IMG/VR virus record: IMGVR_UViG_2698536647_000004
Coordinates: 1-16,655 of that record
Origin: a virus
Lineage: Duplodnaviria; Heunggongvirae; Uroviricota; Caudoviricetes
DNA: 16,655 nucleotides
Reading direction: 5' to 3' (one strand)
Part shown: piece by piece, positions 1 through 9,903 of the stretch
How positions within the stretch are numbered: position 1 is the first letter of the stretch
Layout: the number at the start of each line of letters is the position of its first letter
Notes under the pieces: model-generated
Databases searched by the model: none
Told to the model about the DNA's origin: nothing
Seen by the model: only the letters and a program-made list of their open reading frames with translations
Position numbers and translations under genes: made by a program

Positions 1-233
1 TCCATGTGCCACGGGCAAAGATCGGAAGGGTTACGCCAGTACCAGCGCAGCCGTTTTTCCATTTCAGGCGCATAACGCTGAACCCAGCGGTAAATCGTGG
101 AGTGATCGACATTCACTCCGCGTTCAGCCAGCATCTCCTGCAGCTCACGGTAACTGATGCCGTATTTGCAGTACCAGCGTACGGCCCACAGAATGATGTC
201 ACGCTGAAAATGCCGGCCTTTGAATGGGTTCAT
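1..233 (-). CDS. tnpA: IS26 transposase, N-terminal 77 codons (truncated by window edge)
   Basis: ATG at 233-231 (minus); the frame runs open to position 1. The translation matches the IS26 transposase N-terminus from memory. Confidence 0.9.
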   Translation of the reverse strand, partial: MNPFKGRHFQRDIILWAVRWYCKYGISYRELQEMLAERGVNVDHSTIYRWVQRYAPEMEKRLRWYWRNPSDLCPWHM

Positions 234-296
234 GTGCAGCTCCATCAGCAAAAGGGGATGATAAGTTTATCACCACCGACTATTTGCAACAGTGCC
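1..296 (-). mobile_element. IS26 (IS6 family), left end only; element continues beyond the window start
   Basis: Minus strand of 283-296 reads GGCACTGTTGCAAA, the 14-bp IS26 terminal inverted repeat, followed by the characteristic leader and the tnpA start MNPFKGRHFQRDIILWAVRWYCKYGISYRELQEMLAERGVNVDHSTIYRWVQRYAPEMEKRLRWYWRNP, recalled from memory as IS26 Tnp26. Confidence 0.9.
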
Positions 297-1240
297 GTTT
301 GCCTTTCCTCATCATCGGTATTGGTCTTAGGAGCACGCAGATCGACTTTGATTTGCTCCAGCATCAGGGGCGGCACTTTCCCGCCATGCGCCTCGATGAA
401 TTCAGCTGCTTCCAGCACTGACCAGTTATTTTCACGCTTTCGTTCGTATGCCAGCTTAACAATGCCAGCTTGCCCCATAGACAAAGCGTGCTTTTCCGCC
501 TCCCGGCTTTCTTTTCGATAGTTATTCCGGATGCTGTAAATGGTGTTGATCAGACTGCTTATCTGCGCGGAACAGCTGTTTAGCATGCTCGCGATACGGT
601 ATTCAGGCGGAGTACCTTCATCATCGTCTTTTTGCTGATCGCGCATTTCCTGCACCAGGCGAATACACGTATCCCTGGCGTTCTCCAGCATAAGGAGATG
701 AGAAAGAGACTTTTCAAGAAGAGTGGTTTCCAGAACATCGGCCCCGGACCGACGCAACATAGCGCGCGCGGCCTTCCGCGCTTCAACGTTATCTATCAGG
801 TAATCGCCAGCTTCGAATTCAAAGCGTTCACCATCATCATCCAGGGTGTCGCGTTCCAGGCGATCACGTAAGGTACGGTGGGCGCGGGTGATCACGTCAT
901 GATCATCAGAACGATCATTTATGCGCTTATTTTGGCGCTTAGCGTTCTCGACTGCGGCTCTGACAACAGCATTAACTCTTTGTTTTTCAGCTATTTCAGC
1001 CACAATATGATCACCTGCACGTTGATCATTAGCGTGATCAATGATCATGCTTTTTAGTGGTTTCCTGACAGGCTTATTTGGCTTGCGGCTGTCCGCTGTC
1101 CTGGTGTCTTCTTTGAAGGCACGGAGATAACGACGTGCGGTATTAGGGTTAAGATTAAACTCGGCGGCATACTGTGCGATGGTGTAACCACCATCCCGCG
1201 CCAGGCGAGCAAAATTCTTCTTGTGATCGTCCCAGGTCAC
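245..1240 (-). CDS. pacA: P1 pacA-like terminase small subunit, 3' end interrupted by IS26; native codons 1240..297 (about 315 aa), last 16 codons of the ORF are read from the IS26 terminus
   Basis: GTG start at 1240 preceded by GGAAG (5-nt spacer) and an in-frame TAA. N-terminal HTH-like segment [24 protein letters not shown] pac-like TGATCA hexamer cluster lies inside the 5' third of the gene, as described for P1 pacA. The ORF tail [16 protein letters not shown] is encoded by the IS26 inverted repeat. Assignment rests on the pac site and context, not on sequence recall. Confidence 0.55.
   Translation of the reverse strand: MTWDDHKKNFARLARDGGYTIAQYAAEFNLNPNTARRYLRAFKEDTRTADSRKPNKPVRKPLKSMIIDHANDQRAGDHIVAEIAEKQRVNAVVRAAVENAKRQNKRINDRSDDHDVITRAHRTLRDRLERDTLDDDGERFEFEAGDYLIDNVEARKAARAMLRRSGADVLETTLLEKSLSHLLMLENARDTCIRLVQEMRDQQKDDDEGTPPEYRIASMLNSCSAQISSLINTIYSIRNNYRKESREAEKHALSMGQAGIVKLAYERKRENNWSVLEAAEFIEAHGGKVPPLMLEQIKVDLRAPKTNTDDEERQTALLQIVGGDKLIIPFC
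862..1047. other. pac: pac-like packaging site: two clusters of TGATCA / TGATCG hexamers (each containing a GATC Dam site)
   Basis: Hexamers on the plus strand: CGATCA 862-867, TGATCA 889-894, TGATCA 900-905, CGATCA 913-918, then TGATCA 1008-1013, 1023-1028, 1035-1040, 1042-1047. This is 4 + 4 hexamers separated by about 90 bp. P1 pac is described as 4 + 3 TGATCA/G hexamers flanking the cleavage region inside pacA. Confidence 0.6.
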
Positions 1241-1325
1241 TTATGCTTCCTTTCGTAAAAACTCTTTTTGACGCGAGGGTAACGAAAGTCACATGTCAAA
1301 AGGCCCGGAACGGGCAAGCAATCAA

Positions 1326-1778
1326 TCAGATACGTGCGGATGTGGCATTACCGTAATAACGGTGCTGACGGGCCACCTTATTGAAAAGTTGACGCGCCAT
1401 TACCCAAGGCTGGTGCTCCCGGCGTTCCTTTTCGTCCTGCGTCATATAGAGTTCGTTCTGGAGTTTTTCATCAAACCGGCGCGGAGCGCGGCTACGGCGA
1501 AAGAATTCAGGATTCAGAGAGTGGATCTGAAATCTACGTGGGCGTGTACTGTCATCAATCAAAACAGACGAATACTTAGACACAGCGATAGCCTTTAAGC
1601 GCAGATAAACATCGCGCTTATCGACATCCAGATGCGGGTATTCCTTTTCAAGAATTGCTGCGAGTTCTTTCGCTGATAGAAGAGATTTAGTGCGGATCAT
1701 GTAATCCGCAATCTCGTACGATGTTATTCGTGAGTGATTTATTTCCATGAAGTGGCGTCCCTGCCAGTTAAGTAACAT
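1326..1778 (-). CDS. Hypothetical 150-aa protein, positionally equivalent to P1 lpa (late promoter activator, gene 10)
   Basis: ORF with ATG at 1778 preceded by AGGTGA. It lies directly upstream of the pacA-like gene and directly downstream of a C1-operator-like motif plus a candidate promoter (TTGCTA, 16 bp, TATTAT on the minus strand, about 1824-1851). I do not recall the Lpa sequence, so the call is by position and size only. Confidence 0.4.
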   Translation of the reverse strand: MLLNWQGRHFMEINHSRITSYEIADYMIRTKSLLSAKELAAILEKEYPHLDVDKRDVYLRLKAIAVSKYSSVLIDDSTRPRRFQIHSLNPEFFRRSRAPRRFDEKLQNELYMTQDEKERREHQPWVMARQLFNKVARQHRYYGNATSARI

Positions 1779-1848
1779 CCTGTCACCTACTGATTAGCCC
1801 ATGTCAACTAATCAACGTGGAATATAATACCCTCGATTAAAGAAATAG

Positions 1849-1865
1849 CAACACATTAGAGCAAT
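1849..1865 (-). promoter_or_regulatory. C1-repressor-operator-like 17-mer ATTGCTCTAATGTGTTG (13/17 to the consensus ATTGCTCTAATAAATTT as I recall it)
   Basis: Read on the minus strand directly after the stop of the DUF968-like gene and upstream of the lpa-like ORF. P1 gene 10 is known to be C1-controlled. Confidence 0.5.
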
Positions 1866-1866
1866 T

Positions 1867-2898
1867 TTATCTAACGCTCGACGAATGACTTGTGATAACG
1901 CCGACTCCAAGCGCGTAATCAAAGAACAATCGTTGATGCATCGCCAGCCTGCCGTGTGTTTTCTCCCAATTATCGCGGTCACGCTCAATATCACGCTGGC
2001 ATGACTGGCACAGAGGAATAGCATAAATGTCATGCGCGCATAATCGACTATGACGAACTATATAAGGCGTAATGTGAGCGCCAGCTCCCGCCGCTCCACA
2101 CCCACAGCATGGACGGGAAGCAACAAAGTCCATGTACTCAGGTAATTTTAGCGATTGCAGTTTTGGTATTTTGAAATGCTCGGAGTCAACATCCACAGGG
2201 CATACTTTTGCACGCATCGGCGCAGCGCGTTCTTCCATCATCTGAACATATGCTGTAGCGCGATCGTCATACGGGCGAATATCCGCCTCTTTCAGAGGTC
2301 CGCTATCCTGCGTTGCGGCTTTCATCTTATTTATTGATATACGGCAAACTTCTTCCGGCATCAGGTGCATCATGTTGCGCATGAAAGCCCACCAGCACAG
2401 TTCCTGAATACTTAAATCATGGCTATCTGAAAGGCCCATTTCCTGACGGGCGACATCCAGTATCCAGTTAACGCGATTATTATGCAGCGTTTCTTTCAGC
2501 TCATTAAAACCACGCATCCGGTAATGGTTATCGTGATGCCAGCACAGCAACACCGCGCTATTGTCTCGTTCTGCGTGGACAATATGGTTGTCACACCAGC
2601 TACGATCTGCGGCCTGGCATTGCCCCTCTTTCCTGCGCAACCACGCCACCAGCGCGTCAATTCCACCAATACGGCGAAACAGTTCATCGCTGTTAAAAAA
2701 CGGCTGCAACGCCTCATTTGTTGCCATAGTTTGCTCGGAAACAACGAGGCCGTCGTCCATGTGCTCGATTAACTCACGCGGCACCGGCTCCATAATAAAT
2801 TTACGGCCAGCCTCCACCAGCTTTCTGACTTCCTGATCCACTTTGAATGTGGCGACGCCAAGCTCTTTTTGTACAAAGGGAGTAATTACGGCTTTCAC
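1867..2898 (-). CDS. DUF968-like prophage protein (343 aa) with a C-terminal Cys/His cluster; positionally like P1 pdcA
   Basis: GTG start at 2898 preceded by AAGGTG. The C-terminus carries CCGCG...AHITPY...[15 protein letters not shown], a putative zinc-binding or HNH-like motif. Resemblance to the DUF968 family (e.g. E. coli YdfU) is by recall. Confidence 0.55.
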   Translation of the reverse strand: MKAVITPFVQKELGVATFKVDQEVRKLVEAGRKFIMEPVPRELIEHMDDGLVVSEQTMATNEALQPFFNSDELFRRIGGIDALVAWLRRKEGQCQAADRSWCDNHIVHAERDNSAVLLCWHHDNHYRMRGFNELKETLHNNRVNWILDVARQEMGLSDSHDLSIQELCWWAFMRNMMHLMPEEVCRISINKMKAATQDSGPLKEADIRPYDDRATAYVQMMEERAAPMRAKVCPVDVDSEHFKIPKLQSLKLPEYMDFVASRPCCGCGAAGAGAHITPYIVRHSRLCAHDIYAIPLCQSCQRDIERDRDNWEKTHGRLAMHQRLFFDYALGVGVITSHSSSVR

Positions 2899-2925
2899 AT
2901 CACACCTTTCATCACTGATTGGGCT

Positions 2926-3105
2926 TTATCTGCTGCCCGGCATTCTCTGTTTAAGCACAACCATTTCCTGACGGCATAACACAGCAATAGCGGTCCTGGC
3001 ACCAATTTGCTTACCAACCAGGTATTGCTTTACCTTGCGGCGACTCACGCCATCAAGAAGCATCTTTAACGCTTCACGGGACAATTTGTTGTATTTGCGT
3101 GCCAT
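2926..3105 (-). CDS. Small basic protein (59 aa) apparently translationally coupled to doc; positionally like P1 pdcB
   Basis: ATG at 3105 lies 4 nt after the doc stop with GGAG 7 nt upstream. Translation MARKYNKLSREALKMLLDGVSRRKVKQYLVGKQIGARTAIAVLCRQEMVVLKQRMPGSR. The longer ORF to 3126 would overlap doc. Confidence 0.45.
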   Translation of the reverse strand: MARKYNKLSREALKMLLDGVSRRKVKQYLVGKQIGARTAIAVLCRQEMVVLKQRMPGSR

Positions 3106-3109
3106 TAAT

Positions 3110-3490
3110 CTACTCCGCAGAACCATACAATCTACGTAACGTGTCGGCGACAGAAGATACAGATATCTCTCCGGTCGCAGCCCCTACGGTAAGGTCTGCC
3201 AGTTCAGGTGAATCAAATACCTGCACCCCGTTACGGCGTAGAAATAACAGCGCACTGTTTAGCGCGGTACGCTTATTGGCATCATTGAATATATGCCCTC
3301 TCGCTGTAGCCACCAGGTAGGTGGCGGAGACTTCGAAAAGGTCGGTGATCTCTTCGTAGGCAACTCTGGCCTGAACTCTCCCGATAATGGCCTCTGCCCT
3401 ACCCGGATCTGACATTCCCGGCAGGCCGCCGTAGCGGTTTATATTCGCATCATGAAGCGCAATAAGTTCTTCCGGTGATATATGCCTCAT
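3110..3490 (-). CDS. doc: Doc toxin (Fic/Doc family kinase) of the phd-doc addiction module
   Basis: 126 aa starting [16 protein letters not shown], with the Fic/Doc motif HIFNDANKR. Closely resembles P1 Doc from memory. Its start overlaps the phd stop (TAATG). Confidence 0.95.
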   Translation of the reverse strand: MRHISPEELIALHDANINRYGGLPGMSDPGRAEAIIGRVQARVAYEEITDLFEVSATYLVATARGHIFNDANKRTALNSALLFLRRNGVQVFDSPELADLTVGAATGEISVSSVADTLRRLYGSAE

Positions 3491-3711
3491 TATCGGTTAA
3501 CCAGTTCCTTGTTGGTGGAGTCCAGGGTGTCAAACAGGGATGCAAATTCAGCATCCAGCGCCGCTTTTTTGTAGGCTTCGAAAGTAGCCTTGCTGACAAT
3601 TACTGCTGGCTCACGGCCTCTGCGGGTGATTTCAACCTCTTCCCCGGCCTCAACATTGTTGAGCACTTCAGAAAGGTTGCCGCGCGCGGTACGGAAGTTA
3701 ATGGATTGCAT
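3490..3711 (-). CDS. phd: Phd antitoxin (prevent-host-death)
   Basis: 73 aa, [49 protein letters not shown]..., matching P1 Phd from memory. RBS GAGGT upstream of the ATG at 3711. Confidence 0.95.
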   Translation of the reverse strand: MQSINFRTARGNLSEVLNNVEAGEEVEITRRGREPAVIVSKATFEAYKKAALDAEFASLFDTLDSTNKELVNR

Positions 3712-3760
3712 AAATACCTCGTGTACTCGTTATGTGTACACAATTATAAACTTCACAGGC
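3712..3760 (-). promoter_or_regulatory. phd-doc promoter with palindromic operator half-sites
   Basis: On the minus strand a perfect TATAAT (plus 3743-3748) is followed by the palindrome TGTGTACACA (3733-3742) and GAGTACAC (3721-3729). The P1 phd-doc operon is autoregulated through palindromic operator sites overlapping its promoter. Confidence 0.6.
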
Positions 3761-3887
3761 ATAAAGCACCAGCACTTTGCGGCTTAACAAACCTCTAGGC
3801 AGGTCATTCGTAGCCTAATGTCCGAACTGCTAAAGCATCCAAGTTGCTGTAGAATCACCGCCAATTACATAAGCCTGAAATAAGTGG

Positions 3888-5450
3888 ATGAAAATGACAA
3901 GTATTCAACAACGTGCAGAGCTTCATCGTCAAATCTGGCAAATTGCTAACGATGTCAGGGGTTCGGTCGATGGATGGGATTTTAAGCAATACGTTCTGGG
4001 CGCACTTTTCTACCGTTTTATCAGCGAAAATTTTTCCAGCTATATTGAAGCCGGTGATGACAGTATCTGTTATGCGAAACTGGATGACAGCGTAATTACT
4101 GATGACATTAAAGACGATGCCATCAAAACTAAAGGCTACTTCATCTACCCCAGTCAGCTTTTCTGCAACGTAGCGGCGAAAGCAAATACCAATGACAGAC
4201 TGAATGCAGATTTAAACAGCATCTTCGTTGCTATCGAAAGTTCTGCTTACGGTTATCCTTCAGAAGCTGACATCAAAGGTTTGTTTGCTGATTTCGATAC
4301 CACCAGTAACCGCCTGGGTAACACCGTTAAGGATAAAAATGCCCGCCTGGCTGCGGTTCTGAAAGGGGTTGAAGGGTTAAAACTTGGTGACTTCAACGAA
4401 CATCAGATTGACCTGTTCGGTGATGCCTATGAGTTCCTGATCTCTAACTATGCGGCAAATGCCGGTAAGTCAGGCGGCGAGTTCTTTACACCGCAGCACG
4501 TCTCTAAGCTGATTGCACAACTGGCTATGCACGGGCAGACCAACGTTAACAAAATCTACGACCCGGCAGCGGGTTCCGGCTCACTGTTGTTGCAGGCGAA
4601 AAAACAGTTTGATAACCACATCATCGAAGAAGGCTTTTTCGGTCAGGAAATCAACCATACGACCTATAACCTGGCGCGTATGAACATGTTTTTGCACAAT
4701 ATCAACTACGACAAGTTTGATATCAAGCTGGGTAATACACTGACTGAGCCGCACTTCAGAGATGAAAAACCGTTTGATGCCATCGTTTCTAACCCGCCGT
4801 ATTCGGTGAAATGGATTGGCAGCGATGACCCGACGCTGATTAACGATGAACGTTTTGCCCCGGCTGGCGTTCTGGCCCCCAAATCCAAAGCTGACTTTGC
4901 GTTTGTATTACATGCGCTGAACTATCTTTCGGCCAAAGGTCGCGCTGCGATTGTCTGCTTCCCGGGCATTTTTTACCGTGGCGGCGCGGAGCAGAAAATC
5001 CGTCAGTATCTGGTCGATAATAACTATGTCGAAACCGTAATTTCACTGGCTCCGAACCTGTTCTTTGGCACCACCATTGCCGTAAACATTCTGGTTCTGT
5101 CTAAACATAAAACGGATACCAACGTTCAGTTTATTGACGCCAGCGAACTGTTCAAAAAAGAGACTAACAACAATATCCTGACCGATGCCCATATCGAACA
5201 GATTATGCAGGTATTTGCCAGCAAGGAAGATGTTGCTCATCTGGCGAAATCTGTTGCGTTTGAGACTGTTGTCGCGAATGACTATAACCTGTCGGTGAGC
5301 AGCTATGTGGAAGCGAAAGATACTCGCGAAATTATCGATATCGCTGAGCTGAATGCTGAGCTGAAAACCACGGTCAGCAAAATCGACCAGTTGCGCAAAG
5401 ATATTGATGCGATTGTGGCTGAAATTGAAGGCTGCGAGGTGCAGAAATGA
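3888..5450 (+). CDS. hsdM: Type I restriction-modification N6-adenine DNA methyltransferase subunit HsdM (type IC, EcoR124-like)
   Basis: 520 aa with the AdoMet motif [10 protein letters not shown] and the catalytic NPPY motif (SNPPYS). It overlaps hsdS by 4 nt (ATGA). Confidence 0.97.
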   Translation: MKMTSIQQRAELHRQIWQIANDVRGSVDGWDFKQYVLGALFYRFISENFSSYIEAGDDSICYAKLDDSVITDDIKDDAIKTKGYFIYPSQLFCNVAAKANTNDRLNADLNSIFVAIESSAYGYPSEADIKGLFADFDTTSNRLGNTVKDKNARLAAVLKGVEGLKLGDFNEHQIDLFGDAYEFLISNYAANAGKSGGEFFTPQHVSKLIAQLAMHGQTNVNKIYDPAAGSGSLLLQAKKQFDNHIIEEGFFGQEINHTTYNLARMNMFLHNINYDKFDIKLGNTLTEPHFRDEKPFDAIVSNPPYSVKWIGSDDPTLINDERFAPAGVLAPKSKADFAFVLHALNYLSAKGRAAIVCFPGIFYRGGAEQKIRQYLVDNNYVETVISLAPNLFFGTTIAVNILVLSKHKTDTNVQFIDASELFKKETNNNILTDAHIEQIMQVFASKEDVAHLAKSVAFETVVANDYNLSVSSYVEAKDTREIIDIAELNAELKTTVSKIDQLRKDIDAIVAEIEGCEVQK

Positions 5451-6652
5451 GCGAGATGAGTTATCTGGAAAAATTGCTGGATGGGGTTGAGGTTGAGTGG
5501 AAGACACTTGGGCAAACTTGCAAAATTGAAACAGGAAAGCTTAATGCGAATGCGGCTGTTGATGATGGAGAGTATATGTTCTTCACGACAGCCAAAGAGA
5601 CAAGCAAAATTGATAAATTCCGCTGGGATACAGAGGCATTGCTGATTGCAGGCAATGCGAATGTTGGTGAGGTGAAGCATTACATCGGCAAGTTTGAGGC
5701 TTATCAGCGCACCTATGTTCTGACAAATTTCGACGAAAATGTAAGTGTTAGATTTTTGTATTTTGTGCTTAGCCATAGCCTGAAGAAATATCTCGAGGAA
5801 AGAACAAATAGCGCGGCAATGACATATATCGTGCTATCAACCTTAGAGAATTTCCCTATCCCCATCCCCTGCCCGGATAATCCGGAAAAATCCCTTGCCA
5901 TCCAGTCTGAAATCGTTCGGATTCTGGATAAATTTACTGCACTTACCGCTGAGCTTACCGCTGAGCTTAACATGCGTAAAAAACAGTACAACTACTATCG
6001 CGACCAGTTGTTGAGTTTTAAAGATGGTGAGGTTGAGTGGAAGACTTTGGGGGAAATTGGAGATTTTACATATGGATATGCAGCCAAAGCCATGGATTCA
6101 GGAGATGCCCGTTTCGTGAGAATTACTGACATAAATAAAGACGGGAAGCTATCGAAAGAAAACCCAATGTACGTTGAATTAAATGAGGAAAATGAGAAAT
6201 ATACCTTAGACAAAAATGATTTACTCATGGCAAGAACTGGGGCAACCTTTGGTAAAACAATGATTTTTGAAGAAGATTATCCAGCAGTATACGCTGGTTT
6301 TTTAATAAAGTTGAACCTAAATAAAACGATTATTAATGCCAAATATTACTGGCACTTTGCACAAAGTGATTTTTTTTGGGAACAGGCTAATAAATTAGTA
6401 TCTGGTGGTGGGCAACCACAGTTTAATGCTAATGCACTGAAACAAGTCAGAGTACCTATTCCATACCCATCTCACCCTCAAAAATCTTTAGACGAACAGG
6501 GGCGTATTGTGGATATTCTGGATAAGTTTGATGCAATCGCAGCTTCCATCACCGAAGGTCTTCCGCGTGAAATCGAGTTGCGCCAGAAACAATACGAATA
6601 CTACCGTGATTTACTGTTCAGTTTCCCGAAACCTGAAACTGCCAGTAATTAA
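5447..6652 (+). CDS. hsdS: Type I restriction-modification specificity subunit HsdS with two target-recognition domains
   Basis: 401 aa. Conserved central repeat region ([26 protein letters not shown]) and the matching C-terminal conserved region ([18 protein letters not shown]). The N-terminal motif VEVEWKTLG is repeated at the start of TRD2 (GEVEWKTLG). Confidence 0.95.
   Translation: MSEMSYLEKLLDGVEVEWKTLGQTCKIETGKLNANAAVDDGEYMFFTTAKETSKIDKFRWDTEALLIAGNANVGEVKHYIGKFEAYQRTYVLTNFDENVSVRFLYFVLSHSLKKYLEERTNSAAMTYIVLSTLENFPIPIPCPDNPEKSLAIQSEIVRILDKFTALTAELTAELNMRKKQYNYYRDQLLSFKDGEVEWKTLGEIGDFTYGYAAKAMDSGDARFVRITDINKDGKLSKENPMYVELNEENEKYTLDKNDLLMARTGATFGKTMIFEEDYPAVYAGFLIKLNLNKTIINAKYYWHFAQSDFFWEQANKLVSGGGQPQFNANALKQVRVPIPYPSHPQKSLDEQGRIVDILDKFDAIAASITEGLPREIELRQKQYEYYRDLLFSFPKPETASN
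5944..5967 (+). repeat. Perfect 2 x 12-bp tandem repeat (TACCGCTGAGCT) encoding TAEL-TAEL in the HsdS central spacer region
   Basis: Direct read: 5944-5955 equals 5956-5967, preceded by a degenerate copy encoding TAL. In type IC systems the copy number of this repeat sets the spacer length of the recognition site (two copies in EcoR124I, three in EcoR124II, as I recall). Confidence 0.85.
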
Positions 6653-6679
6653 TTGATCATTGCTACCGATCGGACCACC

Positions 6680-6745
6680 TTAACACCCGGTCAGTATATA
6701 GACTATTTTTTACGCGCCGGAAGTCACCATTACCCCCCTTCCGGC
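6680..6745 (+). promoter_or_regulatory. Candidate hsdR promoter (TTAACA 6680-6685, TATATA 6695-6700 region) and a leader stem-loop (GCCGGAAG 6716-6723 / CTTCCGGC 6738-6745)
   Basis: Type IC hsdR is known to have its own promoter separate from hsdMS. The hexamers are weak; the 8-bp inverted repeat with a 14-nt loop is read directly from the sequence. Confidence 0.35.
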
Positions 6746-6773
6746 CCTTGCCAGACGGCACAAAGGATGCGCT

Positions 6774-9700
6774 ATGACTCATCAGACACACACCATTGCT
6801 GAATCCAATAACTTTATCGTTCTTGATAAGTACATCAAAGCTGAGCCAACAGGCGACAGCTACCAGAGCGAATCGGACCTGGAACGTGAACTGATTCAGG
6901 ACCTGCAAAATCAGGGTTATGAATTTATTTCCGTAAAATCACAGTCGGCAATGCTGTCCAATGTTCGGGAACAGCTTCAGAGCCTCAATGGTGTGATGTT
7001 TAATGACAGCGAGTGGCGGCGCTTCACGGAGCAGTATCTGGACAACCCCAGCGATGGTATTCTGGATAAAACCCGTAAAATCCATATCGACTATATCTGC
7101 GACTTTATTTTTGATGACGGGCGACTTGAGAACATCTATTTGATAGATAAAAAGAATCTCATGCGCAATAAGGTGCAGATTATCCAGCAGTTTGAACAGA
7201 CGGGTTCTCATGCTAACCGTTATGACGTCACGATCCTGGTTAATGGTTTACCGCTGGTGCAAATCGAACTAAAAAAACGCGGGGTGGCGATTCGTGAGGC
7301 TTTCAACCAGATACATCGTTACAGTAAAGAGAGTTTTAACAGCGAAAATTCCCTGTTTAAGTATCTGCAACTGTTTGTCATTTCTAACGGCACCGATACC
7401 CGTTATTTTGCCAACACGACAAAGCGCGATAAAAACAGTTTTGACTTCACCATGAATTGGGCGAAATCAGACAACACGCTGATTAAAGACCTCAAAGACT
7501 TTACCGCTACCTTTTTCCAGAAACATACTCTGCTGAATGTTCTGGTGAACTACAGCGTTTTTGACAGTAGTCAGACGCTACTGGTGATGCGACCGTACCA
7601 GATTGCCGCCACCGAGCGCATTCTGTGGAAAATTAAGAGTTCCTTTACAGCGAAGAACTGGTCAAAACCGGAAAGCGGTGGGTATATCTGGCACACTACC
7701 GGTTCTGGTAAAACCCTCACCAGCTTTAAAGCCGCGCGTCTGGCAACAGAGCTGGACTTTATTGATAAAGTCTTCTTTGTGGTCGACAGGAAAGACCTCG
7801 ATTACCAGACCATGAAGGAATATCAGCGTTTTTCGCCAGACAGCGTCAACGGCTCGGAAAATACCGCAGGCCTTAAACGAAATCTGGATAAGGACGATAA
7901 CAAAATTATCGTCACTACTATTCAGAAACTCAATAACCTGATGAAAGCAGAAAGCGACCTGCCTGTATATAATCAGCAAGTGGTGTTTATATTTGATGAA
8001 TGCCACCGCAGCCAGTTTGGAGAAGCGCAGAAAAACCTGAAGAAGAAATTCAAACGCTATTATCAGTTTGGTTTTACCGGCACACCTATTTTCCCGGAAA
8101 ACGCCTTAGGCTCAGAAACGACCGCCAGCGTATTTGGTCGTGAATTGCATTCGTATGTAATTACCGATGCGATTCGTGATGAAAAAGTGCTCAAATTCAA
8201 GGTGGACTACAACGATGTGCGGCCACAGTTTAAGTCTTTAGAGACAGAAACTGACGAGAAAAAACTAAGTGCGGCTGAAAATCAGCAGGCGTTTCTTCAT
8301 CCCATGCGTATACAGGAAATTACGCAATATATTCTGAATAACTTCCGCCAGAAGACGCACCGTACTTTCCCTGGCGCAAAAGGTTTTAATGCTATGTTGG
8401 CAGTGAGCAGCGTGGATGCTGCAAAAGCCTATTACGCGGCGTTTAAACGGTTACAAGAGGAAGCCGCTAATAAATCTGCAACTTATAAACCGCTGCGTGT
8501 TGCGACAATCTTCTCCTTTGCCGCTAATGAAGAACAAAATGCCATTGGTGAAATTTCCGATGAAACTTTTGATACCAGCGCAATGGACAGCAGTGCTAAA
8601 GAGTTTCTTGACGCTGCAATTCGTGAGTATAACAGCTATTTTAAAACTAACTTCAGCACCGACGGTAACGGTTTTCAGAACTACTATCGCGATTTAGCCC
8701 AACGGGTTAAAAATCAGGATATCGATCTGTTAATTGTCGTTGGGATGTTTTTAACCGGCTTCGACGCTCCAACATTGAACACGCTATTCGTCGATAAAAA
8801 CTTGCGTTTTCACGGCCTGATGCAGGCATTTTCCCGCACCAACCGCATTTATAACGCCACTAAAACCTTCGGTAACATTGTCACTTTTCGGGATCTGGAA
8901 CGCTCAACCATTGATGCCATAACGCTGTTTGGTGATAAAAATACCAAAAATGTGGTGTTAGAAAAGAGTTATGCAGAGTATATGGAAGGTTTTACTGATG
9001 CTGCCACCGGTGAAGCCAAACGCGGCTTTATGGCAGTAGTTTCAGAACTGGAACAACGGTTCCCTGACCCTGCCAGTATTGAAAGTGAAAAAGAGAAGAA
9101 AGACTTCGTTAAACTGTTTGGCGAATACCTGCGTGCCGAGAACATCCTGCAAAACTATGATGAATTTGCCACGCTAAAAGCCCTGCAACAAATCGATCTT
9201 AGCGATCCTGTTGCGGTAGAAAAATTCAAAGCAGAACATTATGTGGATGATGAAAAGTTCGCTGAATTGCAAACAATTCGTCTCCCTGCTGAACGCAAGA
9301 TTCAGGATTATCGTTCTGCCTATAACGATATTCGCGACTGGCAGCGCCGTGAGAAAGAAGCTGAGAAAAAAGAGAAATCAACCACTGACTGGGATGACGT
9401 GGTTTTTGAGGTCGATTTGCTGAAGTCTCAGGAAATAAACCTGGATTATATCCTTGGACTGATTTTCGAACACAACAGACAAAATAAAGGCAAGGGCGAA
9501 ATGATCGAAGAGGTCAAACGCTTAATTCGTTCAAGCCTGGGGAACCGGGCGAAAGAGGGCCTGATGGTCGATTTTATTCAGCAAACGAACCTGGATGATT
9601 TACCAGACAAAGCCAGTATCATTGAGGCATTCTTTACGTTTGCTCAACGCGAACAGCAACGTGAAGCAGAAGCATTGATAAAAGAAGAAAATCTCAATGA

Positions 9701-9890
9701 AGATGCAGCAAAACGCTATATTCGCACGTCTTTAAAACGCGAATACGCCACCGAAAATGGCACAGAATTAAACGAAACATTACCAAAACTTAGTCCGTTG
9801 AATCCGCAATATAAAACGAAAAAACAGGCAGTTTTCCAGAAAATCGTCTCGTTTATTGAGAAGTTTAAAGGCGTAGGCGGAAAAATATAG
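6774..9890 (+). CDS. hsdR: Type I restriction enzyme R subunit HsdR (type IC; same 1038-aa length I recall for EcoR124I HsdR)
   Basis: PD-(D/E)xK-type nuclease motif in the N-terminal domain ([19 protein letters not shown]), helicase Walker A TGSGKT and a DECH box ([10 protein letters not shown]). RBS AAGGATG before the ATG at 6774. Confidence 0.97.
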   Translation: MTHQTHTIAESNNFIVLDKYIKAEPTGDSYQSESDLERELIQDLQNQGYEFISVKSQSAMLSNVREQLQSLNGVMFNDSEWRRFTEQYLDNPSDGILDKTRKIHIDYICDFIFDDGRLENIYLIDKKNLMRNKVQIIQQFEQTGSHANRYDVTILVNGLPLVQIELKKRGVAIREAFNQIHRYSKESFNSENSLFKYLQLFVISNGTDTRYFANTTKRDKNSFDFTMNWAKSDNTLIKDLKDFTATFFQKHTLLNVLVNYSVFDSSQTLLVMRPYQIAATERILWKIKSSFTAKNWSKPESGGYIWHTTGSGKTLTSFKAARLATELDFIDKVFFVVDRKDLDYQTMKEYQRFSPDSVNGSENTAGLKRNLDKDDNKIIVTTIQKLNNLMKAESDLPVYNQQVVFIFDECHRSQFGEAQKNLKKKFKRYYQFGFTGTPIFPENALGSETTASVFGRELHSYVITDAIRDEKVLKFKVDYNDVRPQFKSLETETDEKKLSAAENQQAFLHPMRIQEITQYILNNFRQKTHRTFPGAKGFNAMLAVSSVDAAKAYYAAFKRLQEEAANKSATYKPLRVATIFSFAANEEQNAIGEISDETFDTSAMDSSAKEFLDAAIREYNSYFKTNFSTDGNGFQNYYRDLAQRVKNQDIDLLIVVGMFLTGFDAPTLNTLFVDKNLRFHGLMQAFSRTNRIYNATKTFGNIVTFRDLERSTIDAITLFGDKNTKNVVLEKSYAEYMEGFTDAATGEAKRGFMAVVSELEQRFPDPASIESEKEKKDFVKLFGEYLRAENILQNYDEFATLKALQQIDLSDPVAVEKFKAEHYVDDEKFAELQTIRLPAERKIQDYRSAYNDIRDWQRREKEAEKKEKSTTDWDDVVFEVDLLKSQEINLDYILGLIFEHNRQNKGKGEMIEEVKRLIRSSLGNRAKEGLMVDFIQQTNLDDLPDKASIIEAFFTFAQREQQREAEALIKEENLNEDAAKRYIRTSLKREYATENGTELNETLPKLSPLNPQYKTKKQAVFQKIVSFIEKFKGVGGKI

Positions 9891-9903
9891 CCCAATTCGT
9901 GTT

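Noticed and set aside
6-521. 171-aa plus-strand ORF at the left edge
   Set aside because: It lies antisense to the IS26 transposase and leader, whose identity is strongly supported. It is an ORF shadow.
1293-1598. 101-aa plus-strand ORF
   Set aside because: Antisense overlap with the lpa-like minus-strand gene, which is better supported by RBS and operon context.
3780-3887. Possible tRNA or small RNA gene in the phd-hsdM intergenic region
   Set aside because: I could not find a cloverleaf-compatible structure or a conserved tRNA box. The region is better explained as divergent promoters.
5043-5776. Minus-strand ORFs of 154 and 157 aa inside hsdM / hsdS
   Set aside because: They are antisense to well-supported hsd coding sequence, with no RBS or recognisable domain.
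5944-5967. CRISPR-like repeat
   Set aside because: Only two copies, no spacers, and it is in-frame coding sequence of hsdS. No CRISPR array is present in the window.
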